This document shows, piece after piece, positions 36,219 through 47,509 of a stretch of DNA of 64,000 nucleotides. A model generated the notes under the pieces. The model searched no databases. It worked only from the letters and a program-made list of their open reading frames with translations, and was not told the origin of the DNA. Origin of the DNA: Heterodontus francisci (lineage: Eukaryota); the NCBI RefSeq assembly GCF_036365525.1, contig NC_090385.1, positions 63,653,618-63,717,617 of the forward strand, in the 5' to 3' direction. Positions within the stretch are counted from its first letter, which is position 1; each line of letters opens with the position of its first letter. The position numbers and the translations under genes were made by a program.

Positions 36219-37209
36219 ACAGATAGCGTGTGGTGTGCACTGACCCAAAAAAAGTCCTTTCAGGCTGATATGAGGCATTAGCTCATGTTTTGATTCTGAA
36301 GAAAGTCAGTTATCTCAAGCAGAGTTGCATTTGGAGCTCTTCAATGCAGTGCAACTTCATGCACTCTGCATGACAACTGGAAGTTTTGCAAAAGTGTTGT
36401 ATATTTGACTTACACTCTGATTTTTATTACTTTCCCATGAGGGCCCCTTTGGGGGAGGAAATTGGAAGGATTAGTTGCTTGAAGGAAAATTAATTACTCT
36501 GGGACAGGAGGCTGAAGTGTTCTGATTTGATATGTGATGTATCTCGCCTTAGTTAAATAATGAGCAGGAGAGGCCGAAGGGAAGATTGTGTAAGGATTTT
36601 CTCCAGCTTAGGAAATGGTGTATGGTATTGGAGCGGCTGAAAAATGAAGAGGAAATGGCTTTCTTGACAGCATTGTGAGTTTATATAGTGAAGAGCAAAA
36701 CTATACAGAGTGTGATTCAGCTGTCTGTCTGTTTTGAATTAGCTAATCCCAGTTTGGGCAGTGGTAGAGGTGCTACAATTAGCTTCCACACCCTTGGTTT
36801 ATGAAAGGAGATGTCAATCAGGATTCATGCACCTGGTCATTGTTCAGTTCTGAAAGTACATGTGTGTCAGTGTTGGTTGAAGACGGAATTGGGCATAGTT
36901 GTGAATTGTCCTGTAGTTGAATAGCCATGCATTTTCAAAGCTCATGTATGAGTAATGGCCACTTGACTAAAGTTCTTGAGCACAAGCAGCACCTGTGGAA
37001 TCATACCCCACCAAGAACTCAACACCTTCAGGAAAGTGGGGAAATGGTGGCTGACAATGAGGAAAAAAGAACTTAAAGGATAAACTTTGTTAGAAAATAA
37101 ATATCTGTTCTGTGCCTGGGTTGCCCATAGCTCAGGATTCCTATCTGCCACTGACTTGGTTTCACCATTCTTTCTGTTTGATTACCTCTCCCATTTCTGT
37201 ATTTTTCAG

Positions 37210-37351
37210 GTTATGACTGCCCTACAGCAGAGGGAGTGTTTGATTATGCTGCGGCAGTAGCTGGAGCTACTCTTACAGCTGCACAGTGCCTGATAGACAA
37301 AAAATATCAGGTGGCAATAAACTGGCCTGGTGGATGGCATCATGCAAAGAA
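37210..37351 (+). CDS. HDAC8: Histone deacetylase 8, coding exon 4 (142 bp)
   Basis: tttttcAG|...|GTGAGT; (G)[46 protein letters not shown](K), containing YDCP (D101) and the catalytic His dyad in GGWHHA. Confidence 0.97.
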
Positions 37352-39389
37352 GTGAGTGCCTGGAATATAACTTCTTCACCCAGCAAGATAAGAAAATCAA
37401 AACAATTACATATTTCAAAATAACAGGATTCAATTTGTTAATTGAATTGTCTTTTGTGTCTTTTGATGCCTTCATTAGTTTTTACTTGAAGACCTTGATC
37501 TTTTCCAAAAGCCTGGCCATAGACTTGATGATTTGCTCAGAGTTGTGATGCTATCTGCTGAATTAGGATTGTTCAGTCTGAACGTGTTCAGTGTACCTAA
37601 TTTCCCAGGATTCATCAGTATTCAGCTGTAAGAATTTTCGTTAAAGCCTGGCACTTTCTGCCCAGTAACTTTTCCTGAAATAATTTTGGAAGACGAGGTT
37701 GAATTTCAAAAGCTGTACTAAAATAAAATTTATAAGCTTTTTATAAAAAAAACTTTGTATGTTTGAGAAAGAAAACAATGACTGATTACATGCATGTTTA
37801 AACTTTTTGTGTTCTATAAACTTTAAAAAATGTATTTAATTAAGGGAGGTTGAGCGATAAATGAGGTGGAGGTAGAGATATGAATCAAAAAGAAGTGACG
37901 AATTATGTGCTTTCTTCATTTACTGTTACTTCAGTTTTCAAAAAAGAAGTTTAATATTGAAGTCAGCGAATTGTTTCACCTGTGTTTTGTTCTTAGAAAA
38001 GGTCAATACTTATCACTTAAACAGATCTTGATTTCTAACACGAGTGTAAATGGGAAAGAGACACAGAGGGACAGAATGGCGATTTGACAGAAAACGGGGC
38101 TTGCATTGGTAGCATTTTTCCAACCAGCACCTGCATGTTCTAAGCCCGTAACACTTTAAACATTCCAACCTAGTTCATTGTGCACAACTACTGAATACTG
38201 GAAAACCTGAACATTATCTGCAGCTGTTACCTTATAAATTGGAGCCTTGTTGACATCCAGCTGAGTACCAGTGGGCAAGGGGAGGGTGGAGATGGGGAGA
38301 ATGTCGTCTCAGCTTGGGACTGCCTGTAAGTTATTTTCCATTAGAGGGGATTCTGGTGGGTATCTTCAGTGGATGTGGGGCTTTTTATGTGATTTGACCT
38401 CAGTGGGAGAGGCAGGTGATTGATGCATCAGCAGCGGGAGATGTGGGTGGGAAAGTTTTGTTTTGGGGGAAGACAGCAGGTGTCAGAGAACTTTTTATTT
38501 GTCTTGGAGTCGGGGAAGAATATTTGCATTAGCAGGACTTAAATGCTACCTTGCGATTCAGAATGCTGCTTGCTGTTGTTAGGTGGGTGCTGTGGATGCA
38601 TTTTGATTTCTGGATATCACTATTTATTTCAGCAAATCTAATTAACAGTCCTTTCATGAGAGGCCAAGTTCAGAGAGCTGCATTTTTGAATCTCCTGTTC
38701 AGCCGTGGTAAGCCACGGGTGCCTTTTATTTTGTTCTTTGACTAACTTCTTTATCCAAGAAAAAGCAGCCCAATTGAGGAGTACCCCATCCACCACCTTA
38801 AGCACTCACTCCCTCCACCACCGACACACAGTGGCAGAGGAGTGAGCCATCTACAGGATGCACTGCAGTAACTCGCCAAGGCTCCTTCAACAGCACCTAC
38901 CAAACCTGTGATTTCTACCACCTAGAAGAATAAAGGCAGCAGATCAATGGCACGCCATCACCTGCAAGTTCCTCTCCAAGTCACACTCCATCCTGACAAG
39001 GAACTTTATTGCTGTTCCTTCTATGCCACAGAGTCAAATCCTGGAACTCCCTCCCTAACAGCACTGTTGGTGTACCTACACTACATGACTGCAGTGATTC
39101 AAGAATCTCAAGGGCAATTAGGGATGAGCAATAAATGGGCCTTGCCAGTGACACTCACATCCCAAGACTGAATAAAAAAATCCTTTTCCTGAAACAAATT
39201 GGTTCAGGGCTAAATGGGACTTCAGTCCCACTCCTATGTAGTTGATTTTTTAACAGCCCTCTGAAGTGCCCTAGCAAACTGCTCAGTTTCAGGGCAACTA
39301 GGGAATGGCAAATAAATGCTGGACTTACCAGCAATGCCCACATCCCAAGAATGAATTTTTAAAAAATGTTTGATTTCCTTACACACTGA

Positions 39390-39660
39390 TATGTGCCATG
39401 TGCAGGAATCTCCTGTATACTCCATCTAATTCCCTTGTACACTGTTGCATACTGTGTGATATCCCTATATAGTGATGTATACTATGTGTTTAATTCCCTT
39501 GTACACCAATATACACTGCCATATACTTTTGTGTGCAATTTGCCGTTAAACTGATATACACTGTGTGCTTGCTTCCCCTATGTACTGCATGTAATTCCCA
39601 GTGCACTGATGTGCATTGTATGTCTGATTCCCATGTATGCTGAAATACATTATAAATAAT
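39390..39660. repeat. Degenerate minisatellite
   Basis: Recurring taattccc(t)tgtacactg...atatac(a)ctgtgtg units. Confidence 0.55.
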
Positions 39661-39746
39661 TTTTCTCTTGTCAGTATTAGCATTGTATTAATTTGTCTAA
39701 GATTTTTTCAAGTCTGACATTGACATAATTTTAAATGTTGATGTTC

Positions 39747-40455
39747 AGAGAGATTTGGCTGTACTCATATAAGGAACACAAAAAGTTAGCATGCAGGTAC
39801 AGCAAGCAAGTAAGAAGGCAAATGGCATGTTGGCTTTTATTGCAAAAGGACTGGAGTGCAAGAACAAGGAAGTCTTGCTACAGTTGTATAGGGCTTTGAT
39901 GAGACCACACCTGGAGTACTGTGCAGTTTTGATCTCCATATTTAATACATATACTTGTACTGGAGGCAATACATCAAAGGTTCAGTAGATTGGTTTCTGG
40001 GATGAGGGTGTTGTCCTATAATGAGAAGCTGAGTAAATTGGGCCTATACTCTCTGGCATTTAGAAGAGTGAGGTGATTATATTGAAACATGTGAGATTCT
40101 GAAGGGACTTAGGGTAGGCACTGAGAGGTTGTTTTCCCTAGCTGGAGAATCTAGAACATGGGGGCACAGCCTCAGGGTAAATGATTGATTATTTAGGACT
40201 GAGATGAGGAGAAATTTCTTCACTCAGAGTGTTGTGAATCTTTGGAATTCTCCACTCCAGAGGGTTGTGGATGCTCCATAGTTGAGTTTATTCAAGGCTG
40301 GGATAGATGGATTTTTGGTCTCTCAGGGAATCAAGGGATATGGCGAGTGGGCAGGAAAGTGGAGTTGAGGCAGAAGATCAGTCATGATCCTATTGAATGG
40401 TGGAGCAGGCATGAGGGCCTGTATGGTCTACTCCTGCTCCTATTTCTTATGTTCT
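39747..40455 (+). mobile_element. CR1 LINE 3' fragment
   Basis: ORF 39791-39988 QVQQASKKANGMLAFIAKG...LYRALMRPHLEYC; tail ctcctgctcctatttcttatgttctt. Confidence 0.85.
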
Positions 40456-41249
40456 TATCAGTTTTTCCTGAATGAGACTTCCAGATGTTAATGCTAAGAT
40501 TTACATATCAAAGAAAACGATCAATTGCAAAACACTTAAATATAATTATAAGTATCTGATCTCTCCAAATTCCTTCAAACAGTTCATTCCTATAAATCTT
40601 ATCTCCAGTTTATTTTGCAGCATTGCCCTGCTGCAAGGTGGACAGGCAACTTCCTTTTTGGATTCTAATTCTTCCAATCACTGGATTCAAAAGAATTACT
40701 GAACAATACATGCATACAAATATAGTGCAATGAGATAAAAGGAGCAAGAAACCTTACCTCAGTTACAAGAATATTCACAAGTCAGTTGAGTTTCACCATT
40801 ATGGTGTATGACAGTCTGCCTTGTGAACCATCTTGTTATTTGTTTGTTGATACTTGCAACTGACCTAATGGGTGGAATCTTATGGGTGCCATGGTGTTCC
40901 CGATGGGACCAGAAGTTGTCATAACGTTTGCTCCCACAGCAAATCCTTTTTGCCATGCGATTTCGTATTTAAATTAGCCAGGCAGCGACGGGCACTTGGG
41001 AACATGTGGCGGGGGTGGCCTTTCATTGGTGAAACCTGCCACCACTGCCCAAAGCACCATGATCGCTGCAAATATAAAACATTCTGTGCTTGCAGCCTCA
41101 AGGATCAGCAGCCTTCCTTTCATGTAAGTATCTTCAGACTAACTTAAATTGAAGCATTTACTTAAATCAAAACGGTTTGCCGCCCTTATTTTGCGAAAGT
41201 CACCACCAACTTCATATCATTTATTTTCCCTACAGCCAAAGTCAATCTC

Positions 41250-42930
41250 ATGGGAGCCAGCAGGCAGCGTCCCGCCCCACGGTTCAGTGATGCCTCCCTG
41301 CAGGTTCTCCTTCAGGCCATCAGGGAAAGACAGGAGGTCCGCTTCCCGGCAGATGGAGTCAGAAGACCCTCCCGCCTCATCAAGGCGGCCTGGATGGAGG
41401 TAGCGAAGGAAGTCTTGAACCATGGGGTAACCCGTAGAACGTGGGTGCAGCGCCACAAGTGAGTCAATGACTTGCTCAGATCAATGAGGTCAGGTGTTCT
41501 GGTGAAGCTGCTCCACTGTTTTCTTCCATGACTCTGTGTCTTCAAGGCAGAGGGTACACAATGAATACAGTGGAATGTGTGAGCAGCCTTGGTGCCATTC
41601 ACTAAATGAAGAAGATTGGCATTGTTTATGTGATTGAATGTATCATGCAAAAGCCAATGCAGAATGAGTGATATTGATGCATGTATGTAATGGTTGTGAT
41701 GCATCATTTTCCATGTGATTAAATCTGCACTGTCTGCTGCAGGATAAACGAAACCACAACCAGCGTGAGCGTGCTAAGACGGGAGGAGGGGTCCCTGACA
41801 TCAGGCTGCTGACCACGGCTGAGGAGGAGGCTTCGGAGATCGCGAGAGAGGAGAGAGGCAGGGCGAACAAAGATGGCGAGGCAGGAGCCACAAGGCGTAA
41901 GGCTGAAGTGTCATCTCTGCTCTTGCAGCCATATGTGGAAACTGAAGGAAATTGTGTGAACTTATGTGCCTCTGTGTCTGCACTGCAAGTGCCCGCACTC
42001 AAGTCTCAGAATGCCATGTGGCCCAAGAATCCTCCTCTGGGGAGGAAGAAGAAACCAATGCCCCAGAGGGTGCACCGCCACCTGCCTCCTCTTCCACCTC
42101 CACCAGCACAGATAAATCCACAGGGGGGGATTTGAGATTAGAATCTGGGTCACAGTCTGGTGTGGATGACACAAACACGTCTCAGCAGCTAAGGGAGCAT
42201 GTGCCAGCCGGGACCCCTGACAATCAGAGGACTGCTAGGGACCAGGCCCCTGCTGAGCAACACGCTCATGATGATCCTCTGCTTGTTGCTATGAGAAGTC
42301 TGCTGGATGTGAAGCAAAGCCATGTGGAAAATATGTCGGAGGTGCCTGAGGTCACACGTGGCTTTACACATGCCATGGAGGAGTCCATGAAAGCCATGAT
42401 GCCTGCCATGTCCCAGGCATTTGAGTGTATGGCTTCCTCAGTCAAGAGTGTGGCAAGCTCCATGGCGAGTCTTGTTGAGCATTCAAGCCATTTGCGATCT
42501 GACCTGCACTCCAGCACTGTTGTCGTGGGCTCCATGTAGCAGAGTCTAAGCGAGAGGGGGGACGAGAAACCTGGAGCTCCCTCCAGATTCTCCTTCCCCT
42601 CAGGGAGACAGGCAGGTGCCATCGTGAGGAGTGCGTACCAGCTGCCCCGGGGCCCACTTCTCAGGGAAAGCGGCGTCTCGTTCTCTCCCACTAATATTGA
42701 CCCCCTACCTCCAGCAGGCCAGCACATTTGGCGGGGGGGGGGTTTACTTAAGCACCATTGCTGCAGACCCCCAGTAGGATGGAGCCATCAAGGCCCTGTT
42801 CCTCCACAGGATGCCTGCCATTGTCATCCACAGCAACGGGGCAGAACCCTGAGCAGACTGCCTCCACCTCAGCTGCTAATGTTGGGGTAGCACCTAGACA
42901 TAATAAGAGAAAAAGGAAATTGAAACAGTT
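41250..42930 (+). pseudogene. Harbinger Myb/SANT-like DNA-binding protein gene, spliced
   Basis: PAPRFSDASLQVLL...AWMEVA...RRTWVQRHK*VNDL; next exon from 41743 DKRNHNQRERAKTGGG; then an acidic/coiled-coil region (ORF 41952-42539); premature TGA at 41460-62. Confidence 0.75.
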
Positions 42931-43427
42931 TTGATCACGAAGGTGGCACGGGTGCTGTGCAAATTGTCACGTTTGCACAAATATATTAATACATTTCTAT
43001 TTCATGCAAAATTTGGTCCACTCTCAGTAATGTTTTGCTTCGTTACAGATGGATACAAAGAAGTTTTTTGCAGGCCTATGGCAGGACTGCAGCGATGCTT
43101 GCAAAGCATCTCAGGAAATGTCCAGTGTCCATATCTCATTGGAATTTGATCCTTCACTCTTCAATAATGGCTGTTTTCCTATTGATGATCAATAACTTTT
43201 TCCAATACTGTCATGCCTTACTTTTGTTTTCTACGGTCATAAATTAACGCTGCTTGCAGTAGTGTGTAATCGCATTCATAGTAGCCCATTGATGATTTCA
43301 AATGCTAATCACATGAAAAGCAGCGACGCATCATTAAGATTGCAGAAATGAATAAGACCTCATACAAAAGAGAATTTCTGTGGGGAATTGTTATGTTTCT
43401 CCTCCCAACATTCCTTGATTATGTGTC

Positions 43428-44480
43428 TTATTGTTGGTCGAATCGTGCATAAATGAGGTTCTCCCTGATGTCCCATACATGTCTTTCCATGGCCCTCATA
43501 TCGATGACAGCATTGTTGTTATTGTTGTCCTCCTCCTCACCCTCTTCATAGTCATCCTCTTCTGAGGAGGACTGATGTTCCTCCTGTTCCTCTGCCTGCA
43601 GATTGTTGTTCTGTCTGATTGCAAGGTTGTGCAAAGCACAGCAGATAATGATTATTTGTGACACCCTCTGTGGCGTGTACTGAAGAGTCTCTCCAGACTG
43701 GCCAAGGCAACGGAATCACATTTTCAACATGCCAATGGTGTGTTCAGTGATGACTCTGTGAACGACATTGTACCCCTCTTCAGAAGCACTTTGGGGATGA
43801 CGTACTGGCGTCATCAACCGTGTACAAAGTGGTAACCCTTGTCACCCAGATTCCATCCGTCCACTTCGGCCAGTTCCTCAAAAACTGCTGGGAGTTCCTC
43901 AAAATGTAGGAGTCATGACGGTTCCCTGGGAAACGGGCACAAACCTGCATGATTCTTCTCCTGTGGTAGCAAACCAGCAGTACATTTAAAGAGTGAAAGC
44001 CTTTGCGATTGACAAAGACAGCAGGCTGGTCCCTGGGAGCTCTAATGGCCACATGAGTACAGTCAATCACCCTTGCACTTTAGGGAAGCCAGTGATGGCG
44101 CCGAAGGCCACAAACACTGCTGCCTGGCTGTCCTCATCTACAGGTAAGTAGGTGAAATTATTGGCACGTTGAAAAAGGGCATTGGTCACCTCTTAGATCC
44201 ACCTGTGGGTCGCAGAGTGCGAGATGCCACATATGTCGCCCATGGATCCCTGGCTGGAGCCACTGGAGAATAAATTGGGTGCAGCAGTCACCTTGAGGGC
44301 AACTGGCATAGGATTCCCACTGAAGCTGAGCAGCTGTAGGATCCTACAAGTTTCTGTGACCATTTCACATGACATCCTTAGGCGTCTCTGGCATTGCCTG
44401 TCTGATATTTGAAGGTAATTTATCCTTGTCCTGAGGATGCGATGACATGCCAGTGCCCATCTTCGATAAGATTGTTCCTC
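43428..44480 (-). pseudogene. Harbinger DDE transposase (HARBI1-like), frameshifted
   Basis: [57 protein letters not shown], acidic tail. Confidence 0.9.
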
Positions 44481-45364
44481 GATGTTATCATTCAGAGCAT
44501 CATCACCTTCCTGTTACTGGCGCTCAGGCATCATGAGTTGAGGGAACTCCTTCGTCTCTCTCTCTGTTCTTCCCGTGGTACGAGACAAATTGGATGTATG
44601 AGACCCATGTCTCTGTGGCTCTTCTGAACAATAAATAAGCAGAGCGTTGCGATTCAGCCTTCTGTTACCACTGAGCTGAAACATCGAGGCAATGAACAGC
44701 TCCCTTATATCTGCCTTCAAATTGCAGTCAGGTAGAAGACACACCCACTGTCATTTGCCTCCTCCCGCTCTCCTTGCAATCCTTGAGTGTCCACGTGGTT
44801 CCCATTATCGTTGGAGAAAATGGTGCGCGTGGAATTCAGACAAGTCTCCTCACCTTCCAACCTCCTTCTGCAACCTTCCAGCTTGAACCTATCACCTTTG
44901 ACCCACCCAATGTTACCATTACTCTTCCCTCTGTTACCATTGAGCCTCTCCCATTACCGTGCTCGGTAATCCTCATTGTATTCATGCCATCCCTCCCACC
45001 TGTTCCTACTCCCATTACTATCGGCATGCTGACTCTCATCCTTGACCTTCTCACATTGATCTGACCATTGTGGCTGAATCCATTCCTCTTCATATGGAGC
45101 TGTCGAATGCCCACCCATTAGTCTTGACCTTCCCCTCTACAGAATCCATTTGCCCCCATTGACTGTGACCATTCCCTCTGCTAGCCAGTGCCCTCAATTT
45201 TCCCCATAGCTTCCCGACGTCGACAGCACTCATTCCTCCCTTTGGGGCCTTGCCAAATATCTTCACACAGTACTGAATTAATTCACCCACCACCCCGCAG
45301 CCAACAAAATGCACCTTCACTATCAACATCAACCATTCAACAACATGTATACTCCACTCCATCC

Positions 45365-45500
45365 GATCAACCCCACCCTTCCCTCCCTGACTACCCTTCC
45401 CTGCTCCTCCATGCACCCAATCACCCCCACCCTTCTCTCCCTGACTACCCTCCACTGCTCCTCCATGCACCCAATCACCTCCACCCTTCCCTCCCCTACT
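45365..45500. repeat. 54-bp tandem repeat (~2.5 copies) inside the Harbinger element
   Basis: ctgctcctccatgcacccaatcaccyccacccttcyctccctgactaccct repeated. Confidence 0.7.
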
Positions 45501-47509
45501 CCTCCATGTAGCCCCTGCTCATGGCTTCACTGCCATCCCCTGAAATAATTCACCCTTGCTGGTGCCGAGTCTGGAGGCAAACATCCATTCCAGTGCTGGC
45601 GTTAGTTTAGTGGCTGAGTTAGAGAGAAGAGCACAGTCCTGAGATTCAACTGCACAAATCCAACTGTTGCATGCAATGTTGAAACATTCTTGAACTGGAT
45701 GACACGGTAATATTATTCGCCGTTCACTTAATCTGGCAGGTGGGACTAAATTGTAACTATGTGTCGGGTAATGAGTATTCATGTTATTTAAATGAATGCA
45801 AAGCTGCAGTCCGCCACTGCGCTGGGGGAACCCCGGAATGCCACAAACCCACAGCCAACTTAATTCTTCTAAAATATCCCGCCGTCGAAAATCTGAAAAA
45901 ACACCTCCTACCTAATTATATCACTCCACACGCCACCAAATCCACCATAGTGGAATGCATAGAATTGACCCCAATAGATGCAAATGAAGAGCTGCATTAT
46001 TACTAATAAACGTTAGTAATATTACTGCTTTTCGCATATTAGAAGAGCTGGGATATAGTTTAATAGTCTGCTATGGACATATACAGCATTCTGTTTCTTT
46101 TTGTTCAGGCTTGATTTAGTGCCCATTGTACAGAATGGTAGCTACATATGATATACTGTTTCAAGCTGGTCAGTGTTCCAATGATTAATTGCTTGGCATA
46201 GCAGGTGGACAAACTATAATCAAGGTAAAGTCTATAAAAATAAATACAGTCATAGATGAGTATGTAGTCTAAAGCAGTGTTTTACAGACTTCTTTTTGAA
46301 CCAGTTTCCAACTTTTCATCCCACCAAACAATTTGTAACCTATCACGCCTTTCTAACTAGTTCCAGAAAGAATCCAAAAATGTTTGGATTCCACCTCCTC
46401 CACAATTTTTTCCTCTTCTGTTTCTCTCCTTCGCTTCTCTTATGCCCCTCATATTTAGTCCCATTTCCTTTATCACTTCACTTCTCTTGACTTCTTTCCA
46501 CTTCACTTTTCCAACATTTCACCATTTCCTTCTTCTCTTCCTTTTCTGTTTTTCCTTTCTCTCCAGTTGGTCTTTTGAACATTTCATATCCATTCTCCCT
46601 GCTATGTTCACATTTCTGCATGGCAAAACTGGGGTGGGGGGGGGGTGGCGGAGGAGAATGGGGCTGGGGAGACAGTGCAAAGAAAAAGTACAGAAGCAGA
46701 GAGGCCAGTAGGGAGTGCATTACAGAAAGAACATAGAGAACAAGAGGCAGAATGTTTTTATTTTATTTATTCATGGGATATGGGCGTTGCTGACAAGGCC
46801 AGCATTTATTGCCCATCCCTAATTGCCCTTGAGAAGGTGGTGGTGAGCTGCCTTTTTGAACTGCTGCAGTCCACGTGGGCTAAGTACATCCACAGTGCTG
46901 TGAGGAATATTACACGTACATGTGCCATTGACTGTTGTCCTAGAGTTTTCCACTCGATTGCCTTTGGAGTTTGGGAGGCGTCAGTTCTCTTTGAAAGTTT
47001 TACTCGGAGTAAGTTGAGTAGAATCCATATTATTAACAATTGTATGTGTTCTGGTGGAAGGAAATGGTTTAATTGGTTGAATGTGGGTGTAACATGAGTG
47101 ATGCTGAGTTCTGCACTAGGAAAGAAGGCTGTTAGAAAAGATAAAAAGAAATCTGTGAGAAAAGAGTAAAGCACTAGCGGGGCTTGACAGAAAGTATCAA
47201 GTGAGTGAATTGGCTTGCAGATTAAAAAAGACATTGTAATTATACTGCACCTTATTATGTCTCTTGCAAACATCCCAAAGTATTTCACACATTTGAACTA
47301 CTTTGAAATTGTGTTTACTTCAACATATATTGACTGTTGTAAGCAAGTGAGGCAGGATTTTTGGCAGTGTTTTTGGATCTCATTCTGTGTTTGTTTGTTT
47401 TCCATGAAAGCTACAAATCAGTTGCCTTAATGATTTGACTACAAAAGGGCAAGGCTATTGACAGCACTGTTAGTAGGAAGTGAATGTGACAAAGCTGTCC
47501 AGGAGATTA

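Larger units (their letters stand above)
40870..45972. mobile_element. PIF/Harbinger DNA transposon, 5.1 kb, two convergent decayed genes
   Basis: Myb/SANT-like gene on +, HARBI1-like DDE transposase on -; degenerate TIRs GGGTGGAATCTTATG / CATAGAATTGACCCC; 3-bp TSD AAT (40867-69, 45973-75). Confidence 0.85.

Noticed and set aside
41952-42539. 195-aa ORF as an independent novel gene
   Set aside because: Best read as a downstream exon of the Harbinger Myb-like gene.
43428-44480. Host HARBI1 gene
   Set aside because: Multiple frameshifts and location inside a TIR/TSD-bounded element indicate a transposon copy, not the domesticated gene.
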